From: Ranitomeya imitator
Lineage: Eukaryota
Assembly: GCF_032444005.1 (NCBI RefSeq)
Contig: NC_091287.1
Location: forward strand, 302,560,001-302,624,000
Length of the DNA: 64,000 nucleotides
Direction: 5' to 3'
This document shows, one piece after another, positions 36,292-48,949 of the stretch. The number at the start of each line of letters is the position of its first letter. Within the stretch, counting starts at the first letter, position 1. A program made the position numbers and the translations under genes. The notes beneath the pieces were generated by a model. That model did not search any database. It worked only from the letters and a program-made list of their open reading frames with translations, and was not told where the DNA came from.

Positions 36292-39200
36292 AATATTATT
36301 ATTATTATTATTTATTTATATAGCACCATTGATTCCATGATGCTGTACATGAGAAGGGGTTACATACAAATTACAGATATCACAGTAAGCAAACTAACAA
36401 TTGCAGACTGATACAGAGGGGTGAGGATCCTGCCATTGCGGGCTTGCAATCTACAGGATGGTGGGGAAGGAGACAGTAGGTCCAGGGTTGCAGGAGCTCC
36501 GGTGTTGGTGAGGCGGTGGCTCCGGTAGTGGTGAGGAGGCAGCGGGGTCAGTGCAGGTTGTAGGCTTTCCTGAAGAGTTGGGTTTTCAGGTACCGTCTGA
36601 AGGATCCGAATGTAATTGATAGTCGGACGTGTTGGGACAAAGAATTCCAGAGGATGGGGGATATTCTGGAGAAGTCTTGGAGGCGGTTGGGTGAGAAGCG
36701 AATAACTGTGGAGGAGAGAAGGTGGTCTTGGGAGGACCGGAGATTACATGAGGGAAGATATCGGGAGATTCGTTCAGAGATATATGGAGGAGACAGGTTA
36801 TGGATGGCTTTGTAGGTCAGTATTAGTAATTTGAACTGGATACACTGAGGGAATGGGAGCCAGTAAAAAGATTTACAGAGGGGAAAAGCAGAGGAGTAGT
36901 GAGGAGAGAGATGAATTAGTCGAGCAGTAGAGTTAAGGATGGACTGGAGAGATGCAAGGGTGTTAACAAGGAGGCCACAGAAAAGGATTTTGCAGCAGTC
37001 ATGTGAAGAAACAAATTATGAAAGATTCTCCATTTTGTGCTAGATTCTCCATTTTGTGCTTTGACTCAATTTTCTTGCTGGTCAAAGATAAATTCTGTTA
37101 TTTAATTAGGTAGAAGGTTACAGCTGCCATGAAGTAATTTTATCTTGTTTTTCACAAGCCTGTTATTCAACTAGGCTATGGTTCATAATTGGTATAAAGA
37201 CCTTGAGTGTTCTAACTCGAGCCGAGCCAGATAAGAGACTCGGGGGTGTATCGCTATACAAGACTGAGGCATCTGTTAATATGTTTTTTATGCCAAAAAG
37301 ACATGACCATATCCGTAGTTTCCATTTTTCCTGTATCCTCATGGGTTAAGTTTTTCCTGCATTCTTATAGGTTAAGAACTGTGAGCGTATTCTTATGCTG
37401 ATTGGGTGAAGTATAATTTCTATGACTATGAAAACTCATACACAATAAACGGGGGCCCAGAGATCTGCTCGATCCCCCATACAGAGACATGAGTCTTCGT
37501 CTGGTCATTTTCAGTTGCCGGCAACGCTCTGTAGATTAATTTGGAAATCACTGAGTCAACCGCGAAGGATCAATTTAGATCCTCCCTCAACAGCTTGGTG
37601 ACCCGAAACGTGGGGCCCCAAACAGGAACGCCTCTGCCCCCCGGAGGACAACAAGAGAAAGGACCTTTGGACCGGACACAGGCACTGGAAAATTGGGACT
37701 GATCATCCCCCACAACAACCACGGTAAGTTGGCAGTTATACTGTCCAGACTGACCATTTGGTGTGGTTTTCCTGTGTTTGTGCTGCAAAGAGGATCTGAG
37801 GTTTGTCCCCGATGGTGGGGTGATTCTTGGGTGGAATCATATAGAGGTGTAGTTCCGTTAGAAGCCCAGTGCTCGAACCGTACCTCATAAGGGACGGACA
37901 CCCCGGATTGACCAGTGATGTAATTCTCTTTATAGTCAAAATATCCTGAATTCCTGATCATTGTTAGAATCAGGCACGGTGAGGTGATCGAAGATTGGGT
38001 AGGATACGTAACTCAGGAATATATAGAAGTATACAGTATATATATCCAGAGGTGTCTGGAGGGAAGTCTAAGACGCCCTCCTCCTTTCACTGAGTACCGC
38101 GTTTTTGGGTTGTCCCAGCAGGGGACAGGTAGACCCAGTGGAATAGACTATCCGGCCGCTCTAGTACTATGCACGACAAAGTAAGGATATTTAGCTCTAA
38201 AGGAGAATCATGTTTCCATGGAAGTAAGAGAAGACTTTGAATTTGTGTGATGAATCCCCAAAGATGGGGAAAATATTCTCAATCATTGGTTTTTCTAAGG
38301 TGTTCTGGCATGTGAATTGTGTGATGAAGGTTTTGTAGAAATTAATTAAGTCTGAGAACTGCTGTATTCCATTTCTGTGTGAAATTTTTAAGATACCCGA
38401 TGGGAGGGGTAGGTCAAACAGCTGCGCTGTTGCTTTCTTCTTTCTGTGTTGAGGAATGCTGTAAATTCTTATCTCTGTGTCTCTGGTATGGAGGGGGCAC
38501 GAAGCTGCGTCCTCTCTGAATTTTATGTCCTTGATGTAGAGCGCGGGGAGATCTGTGTTTTGTTTAATAAAACAATATTGTATTGAATTAGAAGGAAATA
38601 TTGTAAGTTTAAAGTAAAAAATAGCGCCTAGTTTTAGAAGGAAACTTGTAAGAGATTGTTTGGTTATCAGTGTAATTGAAAGATTGGTAAAAGATTCATC
38701 TGCTTCAAGTTCAGTGGTTGATATATGGCAAATTAAGGATTAACAGAGGAAGTGAATTCTGATTTGTTTTTGTTACATTGAAAAAGAAAAGCTGTCTATT
38801 ACTATGACAAAAAACTGGATGTTTGTGGTGCAAGAAGGAACTGAGAAAGTGACTGAGATCAATGTGTTGGGAAAGCAAACAATTAAAAATTTGGGACAGG
38901 GGGGCTCCCTGCTAGATAATATGGTCCCTCCCCAGGAAATTAAGCCTCTACTCCTGACTGTAAGCCCTATGCCCCTTAACCCCAAGGCACCAATATATCC
39001 TGGACTGTCGAGAAGTTCTATGGGCGTCTTATGGTAGTATTTAAAAATCTGGGGTTTTCACTGTATAATAAAGCCCATTCACACCTTTTTGTGGCAGCTT
39101 TGATGTCCGGCCTTAAATCTGAATTGAAAGAGGCAATAATGTCAGTGAGACCCGATATTGAGACTTCCATTCTGGACAATGCATTGAAAAAAAGTAGTAC

Positions 39201-40021
39201 AAAGTTTTCAGAAGAACTTAACCCACTCTACATCAGCAGAGAAATTAAAGGTTAAATCAGTAGCCGCAGCGATTTCTGCTCCAATCTCAGCCCTCCCCCC
39301 CCACAGTTACAAGGACGCAGCTGGTTCCTTATCAGTGGTCCAGACTCCAGCTCCAGCCCTCCTGCCTTACACAAATCCAGTCCCATACTCCAATATCCCT
39401 TTTTAACCCTATGTCTGGGAATCTCCCTCGCCAGGTTAATTCTCAGATCAAGAGCTTGTTTTAATTAGAGTAGATGGCAGACCCAATAAATATACTCTCA
39501 CAAAACCCATCCCTGTGGGACCATTCCCTGAAGTTACTGCTCAGTTCGTAATCTCTCCCTCATGTCCGGTAAATTTACTGGGGGCAGATTTATTATCACA
39601 GTTCGGCACCAGAATATAATTCCAAGATGATGGTCAGATGGTATTTACGTTATATAACCCCTATGCAGATGAACATAATGAGATGTGTATCTTACATGCC
39701 CTTCTCACGGTTATGATGGCCCTGATAGGCCCAGATCCACCCCCAATAATGCCTGTAGAACCAGTAAAAGTGTTTCTCAAATCTGGTGCCCCTATTACTA
39801 AGTCCATCAGTACCCTTTGAAACATGATCAGGAGCGGGACCTCAAGGGTCAAATACAAACGTTACTCGATAATGGTACTGTGTTTCCCCATGTAACACGC
39901 CTTTGTTTCCCGTTAAAAAAAAGACCCCACCCGGCCAACCCCCTGTGTACCGGCTGGTACAAGATCTATGGGCAGTTAATGCAGCTACTGTTCTAGAATC
40001 TCCGGTGCCTAATCCACATAG

Positions 40022-41002
40022 TGTTAGGGCTAGCGGAACGCACCAAATAATAAGACAGATAGAGTATGGTGCGTTCGCAGCCCGGGGTCCACCATGCAGA
40101 GATGGAACCGGCTGCCAAGTAATGACGGACTATATGGCGGTACTCATAAGTATACACACGTGGGTTAAACTCCACCCAGCGTGAAGGAAGCGATCCTGTT
40201 GCGTCACAGGATCGCGGTACCGCACATAGAGGGCGAGCAAGTAGTCAGCGAACTCAACCCCAACTAGGATTGAAGTCCGATTAGACCCTTGCTGGCACAA
40301 CACCGCAACTGGGTGTGAAAGGAAGCTTAATAACAATATTAGGGCACAAGAGTGCATGCGGTGCCGCACTGACGAACGCCACTAACCACCCAGGCTTGGG
40401 TAAGGAAAGCACAGAGGAAGTGCACGGCGCCGTACTGGCGGTCACAGCAACTGGACGCTGTAATGTGTGATTAGTGCTGTAGGCTAAGTCGGGCGCTAGA
40501 TAGCAACCATACACCTTCCGCGAACAGGCATTCAATAGGGAAGGGGTATCCAAGGACGACTTGCACTCACAACAAACACACGTAAGCAAATGTACACTAG
40601 CGCATGGCCGTGCGGTCATGCGCAGTTTATATAGTTGCAGCACAGGAAGTGGCCACAGAAACTTTGCCCTTCCAAGACCTGCCAAGAGGACCAATGGAAT
40701 GTGCTGCAGAGCCTGAGCACATGACCCTCGATCTCCAACGGGAGATCTTGCCCTGGGCATGCTCAGTTTGTGCAGACAAGGACTTAGTCCCAGAGAAGTC
40801 CGCTCGCTGCTGACCAGCACTGGCTTTAATGGCAGAAGCTGAAGAAGCAGCAGTAACTCTCTGTACAGAGTGAGACTGAGCAAGACGCTGGGACCGACGT
40901 CCCTGCTGAGCAGACTCCACTGCGGCTGGATAAGAATGGGAGACCGCAGCGGAGATGGCTCGAGATTCCCCCTGCGCAGAAGTGGGAACTCGAGACCTAA
41001 CA
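40022..41002. mobile_element. Gypsy-type solo LTR (981 bp) in ERV RT
   Basis: TGTTAGG...CCTAACA; TSD CATA(G/C); removal restores P-N-P-H-T-L-L-S-Q-I; TATA-like motif on the minus strand near 40630. Confidence 0.85.
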
Positions 41003-41062
41003 CATACTCTCTTGTCTCAGATATCTCAGGATGCTGCTTGGTTCACAGTTATCGACCTCGCC

Positions 41063-44000
41063 TGTTATGTTTGCTAATGACAGGTGTTATGAAGGCAATC
41101 CAGAAACACAGTGTGCTTAGCGATCAGAGCGCACACAGTGATCTGACAAATACCCAAAAATACTAGAACGAGCTCTGAGACGTGGAAACTCTGTAGACTG
41201 CACACCTGATCCTATCCTAAACACAACTAAAAGCGGCTGTGGCTTGCGCCTAACAACTACCTAGGCAACTCGGCACAGCCTAAGAAACTAGCTAGCCTGA
41301 AGATAGAAAAATAGGCCTGACTTGCCCCAGAGAAATTCCCCAAAGGAAAAGGCAGCCCCCCACATATAATGACTGTGAGTAAGATGAAAAGACAAAACGT
41401 AGGGATGAAATAGATTCAGCAAAGTGGGGCCCGATATTCTAGGACAGAGCGAGGACAGTAAAGCAAACTTTGCAGTCTACAAAAAACCCTAAAGCAAAAC
41501 CACGCAAAGGGGGCAAAAAAAACCCACCGTGCCGAACTAACGGCACGGCGGTACACCCTTTGCGTCTCAGAGCTTCCAGCAAAACAAAAGACAAGCTGGA
41601 CAGAAAAAAAGCAACAAAAAAAAACAAAAAGCACTTAGCTATACAGAGCAGCAGGTCACAGGAACAATCAGGAGAAGCTCAGATCCAAGACTGAAACATT
41701 GACAAGGAGCAAGGATAGCAGCATCAGGCGGAGTTAAGTAATGAAGCAGTTAACGAGCTCACCAGAACACCTGAGGGAGGAAGCTCAGAAGCTGCAGTAC
41801 CACTTGTGACCACAGGAGTGAATTCAGCCACAGAATTCACAACAGTACCCCCCCTTGAGGAGGGGTCACCGAACCCTCACCAGAGCCCCCAGGCCGACCA
41901 GGATGAGCCACATGAAAGGCACGAACAAGATCGGAAGCATGAACATCAGAGGCAAAAACCCAGGAATTATCTTCCTGAGCATAACCCTTCCATTTAACCA
42001 GATACTGGAGTTTCCGTCTAGAAACACGAGAATCCAAAATCTTCTCCACAATATACTCCAATTCCCCCTCCACCAAAACCGGGGCAGGAGGCTCAACAGA
42101 TGGAACCATAGGTGCCACGTATCTCCGCAACAACGACCTATGGAATACATTATGTATGGAAAAGGAGTCTGGGAGGGTCAAACGAAAAGACACAGGATTG
42201 AGAACCTCAGAAATCCTATACGGACCAATAAAACGAGGTTTAAATTTAGGAGAGGAAACCTTCATAGGAATATGACGAGAAGATAACCAAACCAGATCCC
42301 CAACACGAAGTCGGGGACCCACACGGCGTCTGCGATTAGCGAAAAGTTGAGCTTTCTCCTGGGACAAGATCAAATTGTCCACTACCTGAGTCCAGATCTG
42401 CTGCAACCTATCCACCACAGAATCCACACCAGGACAGTCCGAAGACTCAACCTGTCCTGAAGAAAAACGAGGATGGAACCCAGAATTGCAAAAAAATGGA
42501 GAAACCAAGGTAGCCGAGCTGGCCCGATTATTAAGGGCGAACTCAGCCAACGGCAAAAAGGACACCCAATCATCCTGGTCTGCAGAAACAAAACATCTCA
42601 GATATGTTTCCAAGGTCTGATTGGTTCGTTCGGTCTGGCCATTAGTCTGAGGATGGAAAGCCGAGGAAAAGGATAGGTCAATGCCCATCCTACCACAAAA
42701 GGCTCGCCAAAACCTTGAAACAAACTGGGAACCTCTGTCAGAAACAATATTCTCAGGAATGCCATGCAACCGAACCACATGCTGAAAGAACAAAGGTACC
42801 AAATCAGAGGAGGAAGGCAATTTAGCCAAGGGCACCAGATGGACCATTTTAGAAAAGCGATCACAGACCACCCAAATGACTGACATCTTTTGAGAAATGG
42901 GAAGGGCAGAAATGAAATCCATCGAAATATGTGTCCAAGGCCTCTTTGGGACTGGCAAGGGCAAAAGCAACCTACTGGCACGAGAACAGCAGGGCTTAGC
43001 CCTAGCACAAATCCCACAGGACTGCACAAAAGTACGTACATCCCGTGACAGAGATGGCCACCAGAAGGATCTAGCCACTAACTCTCTGGTACCAAAGATT
43101 CCAGGATGACCAGCCAACACCGAACAATGAAGTTCAGAGATAAGTTTATTAGTCCACCTATCAGGGACGAACAGTTTCTCTGCTGGACAACGATCAGGTT
43201 TATTCGCCTGAAATTTTTGCAGCACCCGCCGCAAATCAGGGGAGATGGCAGACACAATGACTCCTTCCTTGAGGATACCCGCTGGCTCAGATAAACCCGG
43301 AGAGTCGGGCACAAAACTCCTAGACAGAGCATCCGCCTTCACATTTTTAGAGCCCGGAAGGTACGAAATCACAAAGTCGAAGCGGGCAAAAAATAACGAC
43401 CAACGGGCCTGTCTAGGATTCAAGCGCTTGGCAGACTCGAGATAAGTCAAGTTCTTATGATCAGTCAATACCACCACGCGATGCTTAGCTCCTTCAAGCC
43501 AATGACGCCACTCCTCGAATGCCCACTTCATGGCCAGCAACTCTCGATTGCCCACATCATAATTACGCTCAGCGGGCGAAAACTTCCTGGAAAAGAAAGC
43601 ACATGGTTTCATCACTGAGCAATCAGAACCTCTCTGTGACAAAACCGCCCCTGCTCCAATCTCAGAAGCATCAACCTCGACCTGAAACGGAAGAGAAACA
43701 TCAGGCTGACACAACACAGGGGCAGAAGAAAAACGACGCTTCAACTCTTGAAAAGCCTCCACAGCAGCAGAAGACCAATTGACCACATCAGCACCCTTCT
43801 TGGTCAAATCGGTCAATGGTTTAGCAATACTAGAAAAATTGCAGATGAAGCGACGATAAAAATTAGCAAAGCCCAGGAACTTTTGCAGACTTTTCAGAGA
43901 TGTCGGCTGAATCCAATCCTGGATGGCTTGGACCTTAACTGGATCCATCTCGATAGTAGAAGGGGTAAAGATGAACCCCAAAAATGAAACTTTCTGCACA

Positions 44001-46823
44001 CCGAAGAGACACTTTGATCCCTTCACAAACAAAGAGTTAGCACGCAGGACCTGAAAAACCATTCTGACCTGCTTCACATGAGACTCCCAATCATCTGAGA
44101 AGATCAAAATGTCATCCAAGTAAACAATCAGGAATTTATCCAGATACTCACGGAAGATGTCATGCATTAAAGACTGAAACACAGATGGAGCATTGGCAAG
44201 TCCGAACAGCATCACTAGATACTCAAAATGACCCTCGGGCGTATTGAATGCAGTTTTCCATTCATCTCCTTGCCTGATTCTCACCAGATTATACGCACCA
44301 CGAAGATCTATCTTAGTGAACCAACTAGCCCCCTTAATCCGAGCAAACAAGTCAGATAACAATGGCAAGGGATACTGAAATTTAACAGTGATCTTATTAA
44401 GAAGGCGGTAATCAATACACGGTCTCAGCGAACCATCCTTCTTGGCTACAAAGAAGAACCCTGCTCCCAGTGGTGATGACGATGGGCGAATATGTCCCTT
44501 CTCCAGGGATTCCTTCACATAACTGCGCATAGCGGCGTGTTCGGGCACGGATAAATTAAATAATCGACTTTTAGGGAATTTACTACCAGGAATCAAATTG
44601 ATAGCACAATCACAATCCCTATGCGGAGGTAGAGCATCGGACTTGGGCTCTTCAAATACATCCTGATAATCAGACAAGAACTCTGGGACCTCAGAAGGGG
44701 TGGATGATGAAATCGACAAAAATGGAACATCACCATGTACCCCCTGACAACCCCAGCTGGATACCGACATGGAATTCCAATCCAATACTGGATTATGGGT
44801 TTGTAGCCATGGCAACCCCAACACGACCACATCATGCAGATTATGCAACACCAGAAAGCGAATAACTTCCTGATGTGCAGGAGCCATGCACATGGTCAGC
44901 TGGGCCCAGTATTGAGGTTTATTCTTTGCCAAAGGTGTAGCATCAATTCCTCTCAATGGAATAGGACACCGCAAAGGCTCCAAGAAAAACCCACAACGTT
45001 TAGCATAATCCAAATCCATCAGATTCAGGGCAGCGCCCGAATCCACAAACGCCATGACAGAAAATGACGACAAAGAGCATATCAAGGTAATGGACAGAAG
45101 GAATTTGGACTGTACAGTACCAATGACGGCAGACCTAGCGGACCGCTTAGTGCGCTTAGGACAATCAGAAATAGCATGAGTGGAATCACCACAGTAGAAA
45201 CACAGACCATTCAGACGTCTGTATTCCTGCTGTTCAACTCTCGTCATAGTCCTATCGCACTGCATAGGCTCAGGTTTAACCTCAGGCAGTACCGCCAAAT
45301 GGTGCACAGATTTACGCTCGCGCAAGCGTCGACCGATCTGAATGGCCAAAGACAAAGACTCATTCAAACCAGCAGGCATAGGAAATCCCACCATGACATC
45401 CTTAAGAGCCTCAGAGACACCCTTTCTGAACAAAGCTGCCAGCGCAGATTCATTCCACTGAGTGAGTACTGACCATTTCCTAAATTTCTGACAATATACT
45501 TCTATATCATCCTGACCCTGGCACAAAGCCAGCAAATTTTTCTCAGCCTGATCCACTGAATTAGGCTCATCGTACAGCAATCCGAGCGCCAGGAAAAACG
45601 CATCGACACTACTCAATGCAGGGTCTCCTGGCGCAAGAGAAAATGCCCAGTCTTGAGGGTCACCGCGCAAAAAAGAAATAATAATCAAAACCTGTTGAAT
45701 AGGATTACCAGAAGAATGAGGTTTCAAGGCCAGAAATAGCTTACAATTATTTTTGAAACTTAGAAACTTAGTTCTATCTCCAAAAAACAAATCAGGAATA
45801 GGAATTCTTGGTTCTAACATAGATTTCTGATCAATAGTATCTTGAATTTTTTGTACATTTATAACGAGATTATCCATTGAAGAGCACAGACCCTGAATAT
45901 CCATGTCCACACCTGTGTCCAGAATCACCCAAATGTCTAGGGGAAAAAAAAAAATGAACACAGAGCAGGAAAAAAAAAAAAAATGATGTCAGAACTTTTT
46001 CTTTCCCTCTATTGAGAATCATTAGTTTGGTCTCCTTGTACTGTTATGTTTGCTAATGACAGGTGTTATGAAGGCAATCCAGAAACACAGTGTGCTTAGC
46101 GATCAGAGCGCACACAGTGATCTGACAAATACCCAAAAATACTAGAACGAGCTCTGAGACGTGGAAACTCTGTAGACTGCACACCTGATCCTATCCTAAA
46201 CACAACTAAAAGCGGCTGTGGATTGCGCCTAACAACTACCTAGGCAACTCGGCACAGCCTAAGAAACTAGCTAGCCTGAAGATAGAAAAATAGGCCTGAC
46301 TTGCCCCAGAGAAATTCCCCAAAGGAAAAGGCAGCCCCCCACATATAATGACTGTGAGTAAGATGAAAAGACAAAACGTAGGGATGAAATAGATTCAGCA
46401 AAGTGGGGCCCGATATTCTAGGACAGAGCGAGGACAGTAAAGCGAACTTTGCAGTCTACAAAAAACCCTAAAGCAAAACCACGCAAAGGGGGCAAAAAAA
46501 AACCACCGTGCCGAACTAACGGCACGGCGGTACACCCTTTGCGTCTCAGAGCTTCCAGCAAAACAAAAGACAAGCTGGACAGAAAAAAAGCAACAAAAAA
46601 AAACAAAAAGCACTTAGCTATACAGAGCAGCAGGTCACAGGAACAATCAGGAGAAGCTCAGATCCAAGACTGAAACATTGACAAGGAGCAAGGATAGAAG
46701 CATCAGGCGGAGTTAAGTAATGAAGCAGTTAACGAGCTCACCAGAACACCTGAGGGAGGAAGCTCAGAAGCTGCAGTACCACTTGTGACCACAGGAGTGA
46801 ATTCAGCCACAGAATTCACAACA
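41063..46823 (-). mobile_element. Full-length sushi-like chromovirus (Ty3/Gypsy); LTRs 46042-46823 and 41063-41844
   Basis: 782-bp LTRs with 4 substitutions; TSD CTCGCC (6 bp, or 5 bp plus one shared C); PPT adjacent to 41845. Confidence 0.95.
41837..45961 (-). CDS. Single Gag-PR-RT-RH-IN-chromodomain polyprotein (1374 aa)
   Basis: CFYCGDSTHAISDC knuckle, VDSGA, YLDD, HHCC/DDE integrase, chromodomain EYIVEKILDSR..YLVKWKGY..NSW. Confidence 0.95.
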   Translation of the reverse strand: MFIFFFPLDIWVILDTGVDMDIQGLCSSMDNLVINVQKIQDTIDQKSMLEPRIPIPDLFFGDRTKFLSFKNNCKLFLALKPHSSGNPIQQVLIIISFLRGDPQDWAFSLAPGDPALSSVDAFFLALGLLYDEPNSVDQAEKNLLALCQGQDDIEVYCQKFRKWSVLTQWNESALAALFRKGVSEALKDVMVGFPMPAGLNESLSLAIQIGRRLRERKSVHHLAVLPEVKPEPMQCDRTMTRVEQQEYRRLNGLCFYCGDSTHAISDCPKRTKRSARSAVIGTVQSKFLLSITLICSLSSFSVMAFVDSGAALNLMDLDYAKRCGFFLEPLRCPIPLRGIDATPLAKNKPQYWAQLTMCMAPAHQEVIRFLVLHNLHDVVVLGLPWLQTHNPVLDWNSMSVSSWGCQGVHGDVPFLSISSSTPSEVPEFLSDYQDVFEEPKSDALPPHRDCDCAINLIPGSKFPKSRLFNLSVPEHAAMRSYVKESLEKGHIRPSSSPLGAGFFFVAKKDGSLRPCIDYRLLNKITVKFQYPLPLLSDLFARIKGASWFTKIDLRGAYNLVRIRQGDEWKTAFNTPEGHFEYLVMLFGLANAPSVFQSLMHDIFREYLDKFLIVYLDDILIFSDDWESHVKQVRMVFQVLRANSLFVKGSKCLFGVQKVSFLGFIFTPSTIEMDPVKVQAIQDWIQPTSLKSLQKFLGFANFYRRFICNFSSIAKPLTDLTKKGADVVNWSSAAVEAFQELKRRFSSAPVLCQPDVSLPFQVEVDASEIGAGAVLSQRGSDCSVMKPCAFFSRKFSPAERNYDVGNRELLAMKWAFEEWRHWLEGAKHRVVVLTDHKNLTYLESAKRLNPRQARWSLFFARFDFVISYLPGSKNVKADALSRSFVPDSPGLSEPAGILKEGVIVSAISPDLRRVLQKFQANKPDRCPAEKLFVPDRWTNKLISELHCSVLAGHPGIFGTRELVARSFWWPSLSRDVRTFVQSCGICARAKPCCSRASRLLLPLPVPKRPWTHISMDFISALPISQKMSVIWVVCDRFSKMVHLVPLAKLPSSSDLVPLFFQHVVRLHGIPENIVSDRGSQFVSRFWRAFCGRMGIDLSFSSAFHPQTNGQTERTNQTLETYLRCFVSADQDDWVSFLPLAEFALNNRASSATLVSPFFCNSGFHPRFSSGQVESSDCPGVDSVVDRLQQIWTQVVDNLILSQEKAQLFANRRRRVGPRLRVGDLVWLSSRHIPMKVSSPKFKPRFIGPYRISEVLNPVSFRLTLPDSFSIHNVFHRSLLRRYVAPMVPSVEPPAPVLVEGELEYIVEKILDSRVSRRKLQYLVKWKGYAQEDNSWVFASDVHASDLVRAFHVAHPGRPGGSGEGSVTPPQGGVLL

Positions 46824-48949
46824 CTCGCCAATGCCTTCTTCAGCATTCCATTACACCCAGATTGCCAGTTTCTCTTTGCATTCATTTATCAGGGACAACA
46901 ATTGACGTGGACAGTTATGCCACAAGGGGCCCAAAACAGTCCCAATTAGTTTGCAAAAAATATGGGCCAATGTCTTTCACCCTGGCAGTTAAATCACCCC
47001 TATGTCACGCTGCTTCAGTATGTGGCTGATCTTTTGTTGTGTGCACGGACAGAGCAGGAAACCATTGCTGCCACTGTTAGCCTCCTCAAGTATCTGGCAG
47101 ATCTGAACTGTCGAGTTTCGGCCTCGAAACTTCAGTTCTGCATTGGTCAAGTGATATTTTTGAGTCACTGTCTCCTTCCGGGTGCCAGACACCTCACAGA
47201 AGAAAAAAAAAAAAGCCGTCAGCTCCCTTCCTTTCCCAAAAGATGAGACTGCACTCCAGCGTTTTCTTGGACTATGTACTTATTGTCGTCAGTGGATACC
47301 GGACGCATCCCGCATAATGCAATCTCTCTACAAATGCCCTGAAAGACGGTTCAAGATGATGATGCTGATGATTTTGGCAGATTCCACACCGGATACGCTG
47401 TTACTACGGAAGACACTGTAGTGCACAGAGCTACGCTCCCTCCCTCACTGTCAGCACAAGAAGCAGAACTTCAGGCTCTGTCTACTGCATGTGTTCTAGC
47501 CAAAGACAGGCGGGCTAATATATACACGGACTCACAGTATGCATTTGGTATAGCTCATGATTTTGGGGCTCTATGGGCCAATCTAGGGTTTATTACTACT
47601 GCCGGAACTCCAGTGAAGAATGCTGAAGCTGTTAAAACCCTCATGGACTCAATCAAATTACCTACTCAGGTGGCCATTATCAAAGTTAAGGAGCACGGTA
47701 CTATGGAACAGTCCACAGACTGTTGGTAACACCTTTGCGGATATGCAAGCAAAAGCTGATGCTCTACTACCCGTTGAATTGACCATACCAACTATGGTGA
47801 CCACACGCTCTCAGCGTAAACAGTTACAAGAAACACTGACTCTACAGGAACCTGATGATCCACAACAGACTGAAGTTTTCTGTCGGACCCCGCTTAATGA
47901 CGATGCAGAGAATGTCTCCAAAGGAAGAAGTGAAGCAGTGGAAAGCTGATGGAGCACGTATGGCAATGGTCTCAGGAAAAAGGACCAACTCGTGTCTCCC
48001 TAAGCGGATGTACCCTGCTATTGCCACATGGGCACATGGGCCCACACATCGAGGCAAAAAAACAGGCCCTTGCCCTAGTACAAAAATTCTACTGGGCTCC
48101 AGATTCCAGGTATTTCTACAGTCCTGACAGCACTCAACCGTGCATGTAATATCTGTCAGACCTGCAATCCCAGTCAACTTCAACATGTACCCCCAAAGCA
48201 TCTTGCTAAGCCCGACTATCCTTTCCAAAGGCTCCAGGTGGACCACATCACGTTGCCTAAGTCTGGAAGGTATGAATATTGTCTGGTGGTTGTCGACATG
48301 TACGCCAATTGGCCGGAAGCATTCCCCATTACCAACATGACTGCAAAGACCACAGCAAAGAAACTGGTGATGGAAGTTATATGCAGATATGGTGTTCCAG
48401 AAGTTGTTGAAAGTGACCAAGGCCCGGCCTTTTCTTCTCGTGTATCAGGAGGTTCTGACAATGCTTAGATCCACTGCAGCCCTCCATACTCTCCACAATC
48501 CAGTGGGAAAGTTGAGAGGCTGAACGGCACACTGAAGGGACAATTGACCAAAATGATGCAGGAGACTACGGCTCCATGGCCAGAGCTCCTACCCATTGTA
48601 CTATACCACATTTGTACTGCCCCTATTGCAAAACATGGCCTGTCCCCTAATGAAATATTGTTTGGTGCTGTTCAATATGTTATTCAGCTTAGTAAAAATG
48701 TTGCTAACACCCATGTTTTAGTTTATTCTTCCCTTCCAGATTCAGCAGAAACCGACACTTGTCACAATTTGAAGCCTGGTGGTTTTATGGTCGTGAAAAG
48801 CTATGTCAGTAAACACGGACTAGAACCCTTGTATGATGGTCCCTACGAAGTCCACATTACTCCTATGTCAATAAAGCTGGAAGGAAGGCCGACGTGGATC
48901 CACGTATCGCACTGCAAGCTGGTCAAACAGACTAGTAGCAAATAAGGGG

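Larger units (their letters stand above)
39460..48945 (+). pseudogene. pol: ERV pro-pol relic (interrupted twice, frameshifted)
   Basis: CPVNLLGADLL; YRLVQDL; VIDLA|NAFFSIPL; MPQG; LLQYVADLL (YVDD lost); IYTDSQYAF; MDHI..SDQGPAF..GKVERLNGTLK. Confidence 0.9.

Noticed and set aside
40281-41003. 240-aa ORF
   Set aside because: It spans a solo LTR and has no protein motif.
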